Part shown: piece after piece, positions 38,598 to 48,321 of the stretch
Layout of the letters: every line of letters begins with the position of its first letter
Numbering within the stretch: the stretch's first letter is position 1
NCBI GenBank assembly: GCA_963753975.1
Contig: CAVWEH010000005.1
Coordinates: 56,938 to 120,937 of the forward strand
Reading direction: 5' to 3'
Length of the DNA stretch: 64,000 bases
Origin: an uncultured delta proteobacterium
GTDB lineage: Bacteria > Desulfobacterota > Syntrophia > Syntrophales > Smithellaceae
Notes under the pieces: model-generated
Told to the model about the DNA's origin: nothing
Databases searched by the model: none
Seen by the model: only the letters and a program-made list of their open reading frames with translations
Position numbers and translations under genes: made by a program

Positions 38598-39182
38598 TTA
38601 TTTTAAGTCAGGCTTTTGAAATAATTTCATATCTACCAGTTCACAGATAGCATGACCGGCTGTAATATGTGTTTCCTGAATGCGCGCCGTACTGGAAGAA
38701 GCTACATTAACGGAAAAATCAACAATTTTCGCAATGCTTCCCCCATCTTTGCCGGTAAAAGCAACTGTTACCAATCCCATCTTCTTGGCCATTTCCAGGC
38801 CTTTCATAACATTGGCGGAATTACCGCTGGTACTGATTCCCCAGGCGACATCCCCCGGTTGTCCTATCGCCCTGATCTGCTTACTGAATATTTCGGAGAA
38901 GTCATAATCATTTCCGATACTCGTAATAACGGATGTATCGGTCGTAAGAGCAATTGCCGGAAGAGGCGGCCTTTCTATTAAAAAGCGGTTAATAAATTCC
39001 GCAGCAATATGTTGTGCATCCGCCGCTGAACCGCCATTGCCAAAAAGTAATATCTTGTTGCCTGATTTCAGTGCAGCAGTTAACACATCAATTATATTAA
39101 TCAGTTTACTTAGGTTCTCATTAATAAAAGCTTCTTTGACGCGGCTGCTTTCTTTAAATATTTTTATTACATGATCCTGCAT
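38598..39182 (-). CDS. gmhA: SIS-domain phosphoheptose isomerase (GmhA/DiaA family)
   Basis: The motifs are LLFGNGGSAADAQHIAAEF and GISTSGNSANV. Confidence 0.8.
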   Translation of the reverse strand: MQDHVIKIFKESSRVKEAFINENLSKLINIIDVLTAALKSGNKILLFGNGGSAADAQHIAAEFINRFLIERPPLPAIALTTDTSVITSIGNDYDFSEIFSKQIRAIGQPGDVAWGISTSGNSANVMKGLEMAKKMGLVTVAFTGKDGGSIAKIVDFSVNVASSSTARIQETHITAGHAICELVDMKLFQKPDLK

Positions 39183-39230
39183 AATTACCTAGCTGAAATC
39201 TTTCATTATTACCTAAAGTAAAGCCAAGCT

Positions 39231-39259
39231 AATATATTTACAGGTATTACTCCTGTCAA
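39231..39259 (-). promoter_or_regulatory. sigma-70-type promoter of the gmhA-grpE-dnaK unit
   Basis: On the minus strand, TTGACA (39259-39254), a 17-nt spacer and TATATT (39236-39231). Confidence 0.5.
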
Positions 39260-39503
39260 GGGTAGCCAGCTGTAATTTTCTTAGCTTTTTAGGGACATAT
39301 TTTAATCACGAGCATACTAATATTGACATCAGACGTCTCCGGAATTTGTCCTTAACGCAGTAATCCCCAGCCCACCTACGTCACACCGGTAATAGATAAC
39401 CTTCAGGTTACTAAGGCCGGTGTCCAGTTATTTTGCCGTTGACCAGTGCAAAAAAAGAATTGAAATAAAGAAATTTGCGAGTATATTTAAGCACATGGTT
39501 TTC

Positions 39504-39650
39504 GTGAAACTCCAATTCCGAAAGCGAAGCCCGACGTATGCTAGGCAAAGCGCAACGGAATTGGTAAGCTGAACGATCCCGCACAGCGGAGGGTAATGAG
39601 ACTCAAACTTCAAAAGCGAAGCTGATAGAAGTTTGTTAGCCGAATTATCC
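39504..39650. repeat. family-1 modular hairpin repeat (inverted orientation) upstream of the NTPase gene
   Basis: GTGAAACTCCAATTCCGAAAGCGAAGC...CGGAATTGG...CCCGCACAGCGGAGGG TAATGAGACTC, then the stem CAAACTTC (39604-39611) / GAAGTTTG (39628-39635), then TTAGCCGAATTATCC. It is the reverse complement of the layout at 19775-19912. Confidence 0.8.
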
Positions 39651-39778
39651 AGTGTAAGCAGGGATATCTTACCCGTGATTAAATGCATTATTTCCATTAA
39701 TGTATTTCTTAAATAGGGCGTTGTTGTCCTTAATTATTACTGACTCTATTTATTTTTATTCGGCCTGAAGGAGGCAAA

Positions 39779-42175
39779 ATGAATAAGCCTTTAAATTCTG
39801 AGAAGAAGGTCATTTTCTTTGCATATAAAGGGCCACAGTCTGGCATGGCGGACAATAATATTGATTCGATCAAAAGAGCTATAACGGAATACAATTCGCA
39901 TCAAGGGGGCTATGTAGCAAAATCATGGGAAGAGTATCGCACAACAACGGCAATTAGTAAGGATGTTTTAACTGCCATTGATAAGTGCGACGTTCTGGTT
40001 GCGGATTTGACGTATTTTAACCACAATGTACTTTTTGAGTTGGGATATGCAATAGCAAAAGGAAAGAATATATTAATAGTTCTCAATGAACACTATAAAC
40101 TAGATGGTTCGGAAACAGCAGGGAAGAAGTATAAAAATTTTACTCTTCGCGGTATTAGATACACACCTTTTGTAAATTATAAGAATATTCATGAAGCATT
40201 ACAAAACAAGCTCTTCGAAGGTGATTTGCTTAATAAGCTTTCTGTAAATGTTAAGAACATAAAACCGAGAAGTACCGATATTTTCTATATTGAAAGTAAA
40301 TTTCCCACTCAGGCTTCTTTAGACCTTTCAAACATAATTCGAGATTTTAAAGATGAAAAGAAACTCACATTGATAAGTGATGATTCAACAGAGGTTAGGT
40401 ATCAACCGTTAAAATGGTATTTGCAAAATCTGCGACAAGCTAAAATGACAATCATCCATTTTCTTGGAGACAAAGTTGAGAATTCCTTTTTTGAGAATGC
40501 ACAGAATTCATTTTTTGCTGGACTGGCATGTGGTTGGGGCAGTGAGGTAATATTATTTGCTCCAGCAAAGTATGACCCGCCGCTTGATTATCATGATATT
40601 CTTGTTCAGTATACATCATCCACTGATCTCGTTAGCAATGCTATAGACTGGCTTAGCGCTAAGTTTAAGGATGTTATACCAAAAATTGATGTAGTTTTGA
40701 AAGAACATGAAACCAACTTAATCAAACTTGGTATAGGCTGTGATATTGCAGAAAATGAAAGCCAGACATTATTAAATTACTTTGTTTACACTGGTTCATA
40801 TCAAGCTGCGTTAAATTATGAGAAGACTTTATTGGTTGGCAGAAAAGGTAGTGGCAAAACAGCAATATACATAAAACTTTCAGACGAGTTGCCGTTAGAT
40901 TTCAAGAATTACGTGGTGAAATTACAACCTGAGTCAGATGAGCTTTTAGATGAAGTAAACTTATCACAACTATATGTTTCTTCCAGAAGAAGTTTTTTTT
41001 CTGCGGTTTGGCAACTAGTTATTTTCTCTAAATTAGCAAATACTGTAAGTGAAAAACTTAAAAACAAATCTCTAAATATAGGCTTTAATGATGCTGAAAA
41101 AGCAATAATTGATTTTGTTGACAACAACAAAGATCTCATACGTCTGAATTTTTTCGGTGTTGTGCGTAATTTGAGTATAAGGGCAAGCGAGAATGCTAAA
41201 GCCAATCCAGCGATAATGGAAACATTATTCCGCGAGTATCTGTCTCCATTAAAACGTATTCTAAATGAATATTTTAACTCAATCGATGAAAAGTTTTATA
41301 GAGTAGTTATCCTGGCGGACAATTTAGACAAAACATGGGATCCAAAGAATGACTTAAGTGTTCAGGTCGAAATGATATTGGCACTATTTGAAATAGAAAA
41401 TAAGATCAGGCACGAATTAATAAGTGACACAAATTCTAAAATTGAAATCAAGCAAATAGTTTTTTTGAGGGAAGACATTTTTAATTATATAAAAAAACAA
41501 TCAATTGAGCCTGATAAACTAACTACAATGTCTCATGAAATTGATTGGGAAAACTATCCATTGTTGTTAAGAGATTTGGTCGAAAATAGATTTGGGCATA
41601 TTTTGAATTTAAAAGATAAACAAGAAATTGAAAAAAGAGCATGGCGTGAATTTTTTAATTTCAAAGAAAAAAAACATCCATATGATTTAATTCTTGAAAT
41701 TGTTACTAAGCGCCCAAGGGATCTTATTTATTTTGTGGCTAAACTATTTGAATCAGCTATAAATAACGACCACAATAAAGTTGACAATGAGGATTTAGAG
41801 TACGCCATTATTAATTATACAGAATTTTTGAATGATAATTTAATTGCCGAGACAAGGGCAGAATTTCCAGAGATTTCCAATATTCTCGGAAAGCTGCAAA
41901 AATATCATGGAGAAAGGTTTGAATATAATCAGTTTACAAAAATACTTGGTGAATTTAAATTAGATCATGCTAAACAACGAAAGTTAATCGAAACATTATT
42001 CGATAAAGGATATATGTTGGGGTACGATGAAAAGACAAATCAGCCCTTCAGTGACATAGAAGTATTAAATGGAAAACTACAAGAAAAAAAATTATTTTTC
42101 TTTCCTAATAAAGTGTATCTTATCGCTCATGCAAAGTACTATTTTATTAAGCATAAATCATCTTCACCTTTTTAA
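39779..42175 (+). CDS. tandem TIR/nucleoside-2-deoxyribosyltransferase-like domains fused to a P-loop NTPase with a helical C-terminal region
   Basis: Domain 1 (aa ~8-150) reads VIFFAYKG...CDVLVADLTYFNHNVLFELGYAIAKGKNILIV, with Glu87 at 40037-40039. Domain 2 (aa ~165-300) repeats the pattern as IIHFLGD...NAQNSFFAGLACGWGSEVILF, with Ala in place of Glu. Walker A GRKGSGKT is at 40838-40861. A Walker-B-like VVILADNLD is at 41303-41329. The C-terminal part has a KRPRDLIYF helix. The RBS is GAAGGAGG. The gene is strongly AT-rich relative to its flanks. Confidence 0.7.
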   Translation: MNKPLNSEKKVIFFAYKGPQSGMADNNIDSIKRAITEYNSHQGGYVAKSWEEYRTTTAISKDVLTAIDKCDVLVADLTYFNHNVLFELGYAIAKGKNILIVLNEHYKLDGSETAGKKYKNFTLRGIRYTPFVNYKNIHEALQNKLFEGDLLNKLSVNVKNIKPRSTDIFYIESKFPTQASLDLSNIIRDFKDEKKLTLISDDSTEVRYQPLKWYLQNLRQAKMTIIHFLGDKVENSFFENAQNSFFAGLACGWGSEVILFAPAKYDPPLDYHDILVQYTSSTDLVSNAIDWLSAKFKDVIPKIDVVLKEHETNLIKLGIGCDIAENESQTLLNYFVYTGSYQAALNYEKTLLVGRKGSGKTAIYIKLSDELPLDFKNYVVKLQPESDELLDEVNLSQLYVSSRRSFFSAVWQLVIFSKLANTVSEKLKNKSLNIGFNDAEKAIIDFVDNNKDLIRLNFFGVVRNLSIRASENAKANPAIMETLFREYLSPLKRILNEYFNSIDEKFYRVVILADNLDKTWDPKNDLSVQVEMILALFEIENKIRHELISDTNSKIEIKQIVFLREDIFNYIKKQSIEPDKLTTMSHEIDWENYPLLLRDLVENRFGHILNLKDKQEIEKRAWREFFNFKEKKHPYDLILEIVTKRPRDLIYFVAKLFESAINNDHNKVDNEDLEYAIINYTEFLNDNLIAETRAEFPEISNILGKLQKYHGERFEYNQFTKILGEFKLDHAKQRKLIETLFDKGYMLGYDEKTNQPFSDIEVLNGKLQEKKLFFFPNKVYLIAHAKYYFIKHKSSSPF

Positions 42176-42197
42176 AGGAGAGAAGTAAGGTTTAAAC

Positions 42198-43055
42198 CTA
42201 GTTGTAGCCCTCATCATAAGCAATCATATCGAGGTGCAATGTAGCAATGTCTTCAACGTCGAGGTTTGGCTCTTCGCTTGATTTGGTTAATTCAATAATT
42301 TTTATATAACGGCGGCACTTATTGCAGACATCTACCCGGTGGTGTTCCTCTCCTTCCACTTCAAAATAAGCCAGGGAATGTTGTTCATCGTTGCCGCAAA
42401 ATGGGCATTTAATCCGGTGAAAATACCATTTAAACCCGCACTGGTGGCAAAACAAATACCGCTTGCCTTCTTCCTCTTCCCTGATTTCACCTATCTTCGG
42501 TTCTTTGCCGCAAATGGGACAGTATCCCTCCGACCAGCCCGACTTGGCTATTATCTCATCGTATTTTTCGGCAATATTTTCTAATTCCGGCCTTAAGCTT
42601 TCCTCGGTAAAAAGATCGATCAAGTCAAGATTTTCCCGAGCTTCGCTGCCGGATGCTAATCCTTCGTTTGCAGCTTCGCCTTCTTCATCACTGCGGTCAA
42701 AAGAAGCGCGAATCGTTTTTTCCCAATCATATTGTTTATCTTTAATGATGCTTATAATTTTTTGCGCCTCTTCCGGCATTCTTTTTTCCACTATGGAAAT
42801 CAAGGAATTAAAATATTGTTTCGGACGCGATAAATCATATTCCTTTCCCGTAATATCAATTAAGGGAAGGCCTCCTTCCATTTTTTGGGTGATTAAATTT
42901 TCTTCGACACTAAAAATGGAATCTTTCATATTCTGGCGGTATTCCTCCCGCAGAATTAAAATATCCGCCAATATATCCAAAAGATCAGTATAATCAGGAT
43001 TCGCGGCTTTGTAATCCTCTATTGTTTTTAAAGACTTTCTCAATGCTACAGCCAT
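42198..43055 (-). CDS. fdhE: formate dehydrogenase accessory protein FdhE-like (four CxxC)
   Basis: The Cys pairs CPICG, CHQCG, CPFCGN and CNKCRRY have FdhE spacing. No fdh structural genes lie in the window. Confidence 0.75.
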   Translation of the reverse strand: MAVALRKSLKTIEDYKAANPDYTDLLDILADILILREEYRQNMKDSIFSVEENLITQKMEGGLPLIDITGKEYDLSRPKQYFNSLISIVEKRMPEEAQKIISIIKDKQYDWEKTIRASFDRSDEEGEAANEGLASGSEARENLDLIDLFTEESLRPELENIAEKYDEIIAKSGWSEGYCPICGKEPKIGEIREEEEGKRYLFCHQCGFKWYFHRIKCPFCGNDEQHSLAYFEVEGEEHHRVDVCNKCRRYIKIIELTKSSEEPNLDVEDIATLHLDMIAYDEGYN

Positions 43056-43228
43056 TTTTTACTCCTCCAGACAAACATACTTACGTAAAGTTAAGAGGCC
43101 TATATCCGCTTTCCCGGGTATCTTCAAGAAATATTTATTTTGCGGATATTTTGCTGAAATCTTTGTATTAATAACCTATGGGTAGGAGCCTACTCACCAA
43201 GCCATTCTCCATTCTTCAGCTGATAACC

Positions 43229-44666
43229 TTAAAAGAAAATAAAAGTGATGATAATAAACAAAACAACTAAAATGGGAATTGAATATTTAAACATGTAGCC
43301 GAAAAAGCTGGGCATCTTCACACCTGCTTCTTCGGCGATAGACTTAACCATAAAATTCGGCGCATTGCCGATATAGGTATTTGCCCCCATGAAGACTGCT
43401 CCCGCGGATATGGCCGCCAGATAAGGAATCTTTTCCACAATCAGGCGGGCAACGGCCTGCGCTTCCGGTATTCCCGGATAAAACTTGCCGATCGCGCCGT
43501 TAAAAAAGGTCAAATATGTGGGAGCATTATCCAAAAAGCTGGAAAGAACTCCCGTAGCCCAAAAATAATGCGCCGGTGTGTTTATTGATTTTATTAACCA
43601 AGCTAACGCTCCGTCTTCGCCTGTTTTCAGAATCGCCAGTGCCGGAATAATAGTTATAAAGATACCGGCAAAGAGATATGCCACTTCCAGAATGGGAGCC
43701 CAACTAAACTCGTTGACTTTTCGGACTTCCTGTCGGGTAAAAATGAGGGATAAAATTCCCATGACAATTAAAACAGCATCTTTGATCAAATTTTCAATGG
43801 ATTGATGGATGCCGAAAATATTTACTTCGCCCAGATTTATTGTTCCGCTGAACAAGACGGCAGCAACGATTCCCGACAGGAATATAAAATTCTGAGCGCC
43901 CTCAATTCTTAGCGGTTCAGATTCCGAACTTTCCCGGCCTGTTTTATCTTCTTTTTTATAGTAGTAAGAATCCAAAATAAAATAAAGCATAAGTAAAACG
44001 ACACTGGCAAACGCCATTTCCGGCAGAATATGCATAGTCCAAAAAAATGGTACTCCATGCAAGAAGCCGAGAAACAAGGGCGGATCGCCCAGCGGCGTCA
44101 GTGCACCGCCAATATTGCTGACCAGAAAAATAAAAAAAACGATCGTGTGCGCCTTATGCACACGCCAGGAATTTGATCGCAAAATCGGCCGGATCAAAAG
44201 CATGGAAGCCCCGGTCGTTCCGATGATCGATGCCAGGATAGTGCCGATCAGCAGGATCAACTGCATTAACAGCAGGCGTTCCTTTCAAAGTGCCTTGGAC
44301 ATAAATGCCGCCCGAGACGGTGAATAAAGCCCACAACAGCAGAATAAAGGGAATATAATCGATAATTATAATGTGAGCTATTTCATGAACGGCGACTTCA
44401 CGGAAAAAATACAAAAAAGGCACGGCGAAGACTAACGCCCAGAAAACGGAGATTTTGGGAAAATGATGATCCCAGAAATGAGGCGCAAATAAGGGAAAAA
44501 GCGCTATGGAAAGTAAAATACCGGCAAACGGAAGAATAGACCACAATGGAAGAATAGTGCCAAGAGTATCATTGTTTATATTTGTATTCCCGGAATAGGC
44601 AAGACTTATTGCGGGAGTAATCAGCAATATAATAATTACTAATAGAATATGACTAAATCGTTTCAA
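43229..44666 (-). pseudogene. ArsB/NhaD-superfamily ion transporter (sodium:proton antiporter-like), interrupted by a frameshift near 44262-44275
   Basis: ORF 44154..44666 (N-terminal TM helices, good up to ...YVQGTLKGTPAVNA) and ORF 43229..44266 (LILLIGTILASIIGTTGASMLLIRP...) overlap in different frames. Together they form one about 470-aa permease. Confidence 0.7.
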
Positions 44667-44973
44667 GGCAATCCGTTAATTTATACTCTCTTTTTTTTTA
44701 ACAAAATAACCTGTTCGCATCATAGCTTTTGCAGGTAAATTGTTTACGAACTTTTGCGCAAATTGAAAATCATTCATTGCTAAAAAAACATTTTTAGATT
44801 CTCAGCATATTGTATTCAAAATATAATTGAATGTTGTATAAATAACTACAAATAATTAAAAAGATTTATATATAAAATCTAATATATAAGTCAACCTTTT
44901 ATGATTAAATTCGATTTAATAGAAACGCACTGGCTGATAATTTATATAATTCATTTCCAATTACTAATAGTTA

Positions 44974-45002
44974 TTGACACCCAACCGCTATGTACTTATA
45001 CT
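44974..45002 (+). promoter_or_regulatory. sigma-70-type promoter of the UPF0316 gene
   Basis: TTGACA (44974-44979), a 17-nt spacer and TATACT (44997-45002). Confidence 0.5.
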
Positions 45003-45032
45003 TTTTTTGATTAAAGGAAGACATAAACAAAA

Positions 45033-45635
45033 ATGGATTTAAGCGTTTTTTATCATTCTGAAATATTTAAGTTAATAGTGATTCCCTTATTGATTTTTCT
45101 GGCTCGTATCTGCGATGTTACGCTGGATACAGCCCGCATCATTTATGTGTCCAGAGGTATGAAATTTTTAGCCCCTATAATTGGATTCTTCGAAGTTCTT
45201 ATCTGGCTTTTATCCATCACGCAAATAATGAATAACCTGACCAATGTTGTTTATTACATTGCCTATGCCGGCGGTTTTGCCATGGGAAACTTTATCGGCA
45301 TTTACATCGAAGAGAAAATGGCTATCGGCACCGTTATCATTAGAATTATTACCCAAAAAGCAGCAGCGGATTTGGTGGAATATCTTAAATGCGACGGTTA
45401 CGGAGTAACCTATATAGACGCATATGGAACTCTCGGGCCGGTAAAGGTGGTTTATACCATTATCAAAAGAAGAGATGTAAGTCGTGTCATCGATATAATC
45501 AGGAAATTTAATCCAGCGGCTTTTTTTACCATCGAAGATATTCGTTCTGTTCGTGAAGGAGTTTTTAGAAAAAAGAGGGAGTTGAAAAAATCATCTGTTT
45601 TCCGGTTGAAAAAGAAATATAAGCATCACGATTAA
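45033..45635 (+). CDS. UPF0316 / DUF2179 family membrane protein
   Basis: It has three N-terminal TM helices (RICDVTLDTARIIYVSRG) and a C-terminal DUF2179-like domain (GVTYIDAYG...FFTIEDIRSV). Confidence 0.75.
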   Translation: MDLSVFYHSEIFKLIVIPLLIFLARICDVTLDTARIIYVSRGMKFLAPIIGFFEVLIWLLSITQIMNNLTNVVYYIAYAGGFAMGNFIGIYIEEKMAIGTVIIRIITQKAAADLVEYLKCDGYGVTYIDAYGTLGPVKVVYTIIKRRDVSRVIDIIRKFNPAAFFTIEDIRSVREGVFRKKRELKKSSVFRLKKKYKHHD

Positions 45636-45892
45636 TTCCTAAATAATGATTTAACTATTGTTGCCCCTCCCGGCTTTGAGTTTTCCGTTAATGCGCCGGC
45701 AAAAAACACCGGCCGGAATAAATTGTGTTGAAGTTAATGCTGAAAACAAAAAACCCGGGGATCGCTTAGAGAATCTATTTAGAATTTCCCAAGGCGCGCT
45801 ATTTCTTCAACCAGTTAAATCAAATTCACCATTTCATTTCGACAAGATGATAGGCCGATATCATAAATTTTATGGATCACAATATAGCTTTT

Positions 45893-46315
45893 TTAATTTT
45901 CGGGAATTACTAAAACAGGCAACTTAATAGCATCAATAATATTTTCGTCAGCACTATCAAACAGGTTTGAATATAATTTATTTCTGTGTTTATGCCCGGT
46001 TATTATCAAGTCGATATTATTCTTTTCACAATATTTCACAATCTCCTTATCTAAGGGCCCTTTGGAAACAGCGTATATAATTTTTTGGTTTTCCAATAAC
46101 TCAGGAGGAACAACTTCTTTTACCCTTAAGGCTACCTCATCCTCATGATCCGCAGGATGGCGATAACCGGCTTGCATGTCATTAACGTACAAGATATGTA
46201 TTTTGCTTTTGAACATTTCAGCAAATTCTAAAGCCTTCACTGCCGAAGAAATATTTTCCGAATCCAGATCTATCGGATATAAAATATTTTTAAAACTGAG
46301 CATAACTACCTCCAA
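45893..46315 (-). CDS. universal stress protein (single Usp domain)
   Basis: It has FKNILYPIDLD, DLIITGHKHRNKLYSNLFDS and PVLVIP. Confidence 0.75.
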   Translation of the reverse strand: MEVVMLSFKNILYPIDLDSENISSAVKALEFAEMFKSKIHILYVNDMQAGYRHPADHEDEVALRVKEVVPPELLENQKIIYAVSKGPLDKEIVKYCEKNNIDLIITGHKHRNKLYSNLFDSADENIIDAIKLPVLVIPEN

Positions 46316-46436
46316 ATAATTATCAGAAACAATATGTCATCAACAATTTATGTCAACCTTTAAGGCACCATTGGCCCGGTAAAAATAGTTTTTAGTATTA
46401 TTAAAGGAAAAGATGTCTGCCTTGTACTTGCTATCA

Positions 46437-46525
46437 TTAGAAAATTCAATCCACTTTCTTTTTTTACCATCGAGGATATTCGTTCTGTCCGGGAGGACGT
46501 CTTCCGATCAATAGAAATTAAATGA
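46437..46525 (+). pseudogene. orphan 3' fragment of a UPF0316/DUF2179 gene
   Basis: ...TTTTTTACCATCGAGGATATTCGTTCTGTCCGGGAGGAC... translates to FFTIEDIRSVREDVFRSIEIK*. It aligns with 45498-45560 of the intact gene (FFTIEDIRSVREGVF). Confidence 0.65.
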
Positions 46526-46551
46526 ACAGGTCGATTTCCGGCCAGACCTAT

Positions 46552-47004
46552 TTAAATACTGCTCTGCTCTTTCTCCTCCGCCCTTGCTGATTGCAGAGTA
46601 TTCAGCGCCTTTAAAATTTCGGTCAGTTTATCGTCCTCGATACGCGTAAGAGCAACTTGCAGCTCCTCTATCTCTTTCTTGGCTTCAATATTGGTTCTGT
46701 AATCCTCGAACGCCTGATACCGGTCACGTTCCGCCTGCCGGTTTTGGGCCATCATGATGACCGGCGCTGCATAGGCCGCCAGAACCGAGAAAAGCAGGTT
46801 CAACAAAATGAAAGGATAAGGGTCCCAGTGATAAATCCAGCCGATGATATTCAGAATTATCCAGATTATAATCAGAACTGTCTGAAAAATGATGAAAGTC
46901 CATGACCCCATGCCAACCGTGAGCTTGTCAGCCAGCACTTGGCCGAGGGTCAGGGTTTCCCGGTGTTTCCCATGCCAGGTTTCAGGATCAACTGAACCGT
47001 TCAT
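46552..47004 (-). CDS. DUF1003 family membrane protein
   Basis: It has GSWTFIIFQTVLIIIWIILN and AAPVIMMAQNRQAERDR. Confidence 0.75.
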   Translation of the reverse strand: MNGSVDPETWHGKHRETLTLGQVLADKLTVGMGSWTFIIFQTVLIIIWIILNIIGWIYHWDPYPFILLNLLFSVLAAYAAPVIMMAQNRQAERDRYQAFEDYRTNIEAKKEIEELQVALTRIEDDKLTEILKALNTLQSARAEEKEQSSI

Positions 47005-47301
47005 TCATACCTCCTTTTTGCTGTCGTGGATATAATTTTTTTGATTGCGGATTATATTGGCGTCGTTATTGTTTGTCAAGGCGAGATGGACTGCGAGATG
47101 ATTATTATCATTTAAAAAGCAGATGTCATTTTCAAAGTACTTTGAACAGAATACCGGTAAGAATGAATGCGCTGTGAAACCCAAAGATGAAGATATGGCT
47201 TATTATTTTTCGTTTAATATTTTCATTTAATCTGCTTGACAGGTTTTTTATTTTTGTTAAAGAATAGGCATTATTTCAAAAAAACCTTGAGGAGGATACA
47301 T

Positions 47302-48069
47302 ATGGGCTATAATAATATTATCGTGTCAACGAAGGATTTCGTAAGCACTATCACGCTCAACCGCCCGCCGACAAACTCTGTAAACCTCGGCATTCGCGAA
47401 GAACTGAACCAGGCTATCACTGAACTGGAAAATAGCAAGGATACCAGGGTTGTGATAATCACCGGCGCCGGAGAAAAAGGCTTCTGTGCCGGAATGGATG
47501 TGAGCGATATCGCGAACATTACCAAAGGGCCTAACGGCAACGATGTTTTAAACCGCATCGAACGTTCCGCTAAGCCGTTTATCGCCGCTATAAACGGATA
47601 CGCTCTGGGTGGTGGATGTGAAATCGCCATGGCCTGCCATTTCCGCTTCATGACGGACAATCCCAAAGCCCTCATTGGATGCCCGGAAGTAAATCTCGGC
47701 ATCACACCCGGCTGGGGCGGCATACAGCGTCTGCCGAGGATTTTGGGCAAATCCAAGGCATTGGATATGATTCTTTTCAGTAAAAGGCTTAGATCGCCGG
47801 AAGCACTGGCCATCGGTCTGGTGGACAAGGTTTTTCCTGCTGCCGATTTAATTAAAGAAACAACGGCTTATGCAGTAGCACTATCCAAGAGGGCGCCGCT
47901 TGCTGTAAGCGCGACGCTACAGGGAATGAGTGTGGGCCTCGAAAAAGGCCTGGAAGAAGGTCTGCGCATTGACCGGGAGTGGTCAAGCAAATTGGGCAAG
48001 AGTAAGGATGCTGCAGAAGGATTTACCGCATTTTTTGAAAAGCGCGAACCGGTATTCAAGGGAGAATAA
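47302..48069 (+). CDS. enoyl-CoA hydratase/isomerase (crotonase family)
   Basis: It has VVIITGAGEKGFCAGMD and AAINGYALGGGCEIAMAC. ATG 47302 follows GAGGAGG. Confidence 0.85.
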   Translation: MGYNNIIVSTKDFVSTITLNRPPTNSVNLGIREELNQAITELENSKDTRVVIITGAGEKGFCAGMDVSDIANITKGPNGNDVLNRIERSAKPFIAAINGYALGGGCEIAMACHFRFMTDNPKALIGCPEVNLGITPGWGGIQRLPRILGKSKALDMILFSKRLRSPEALAIGLVDKVFPAADLIKETTAYAVALSKRAPLAVSATLQGMSVGLEKGLEEGLRIDREWSSKLGKSKDAAEGFTAFFEKREPVFKGE

Positions 48070-48321
48070 CGGCTGGCGGCTTTTGGAATAAATTGTGTTA
48101 CTTTTGCACCTCCGTTCTCTCCTGAAAAAGAGGGGACGGAGGTTGTGTGCGTTATTAGCTTGCGTTTAATCTCTCTGATAAATTCCGAGTAACTTTTATT
48201 CACTTTAGAAAAAGAACAAAAAAATCCGTCAAAACTTTTTGATTGAATTATACTCAATTTTCCAAAAATGGAATCATGGATATAAAAATTTAAAATCATA
48301 GACCAGGAAGGAGAAGTAAAA

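Noticed and set aside
42176-42197. The palindrome AGGTTTAAACCT between the convergent NTPase and fdhE genes as a terminator or attachment site.
   Set aside because: It is a loop-less 12-nt palindrome with no U-tract, and no second copy is seen on the other side of the island.
45658-45927. ORF 45658..45927(+) of 89 aa.
   Set aside because: It has a non-ATG start, no RBS and no motifs, and it overlaps the 3' end of the convergent usp gene.
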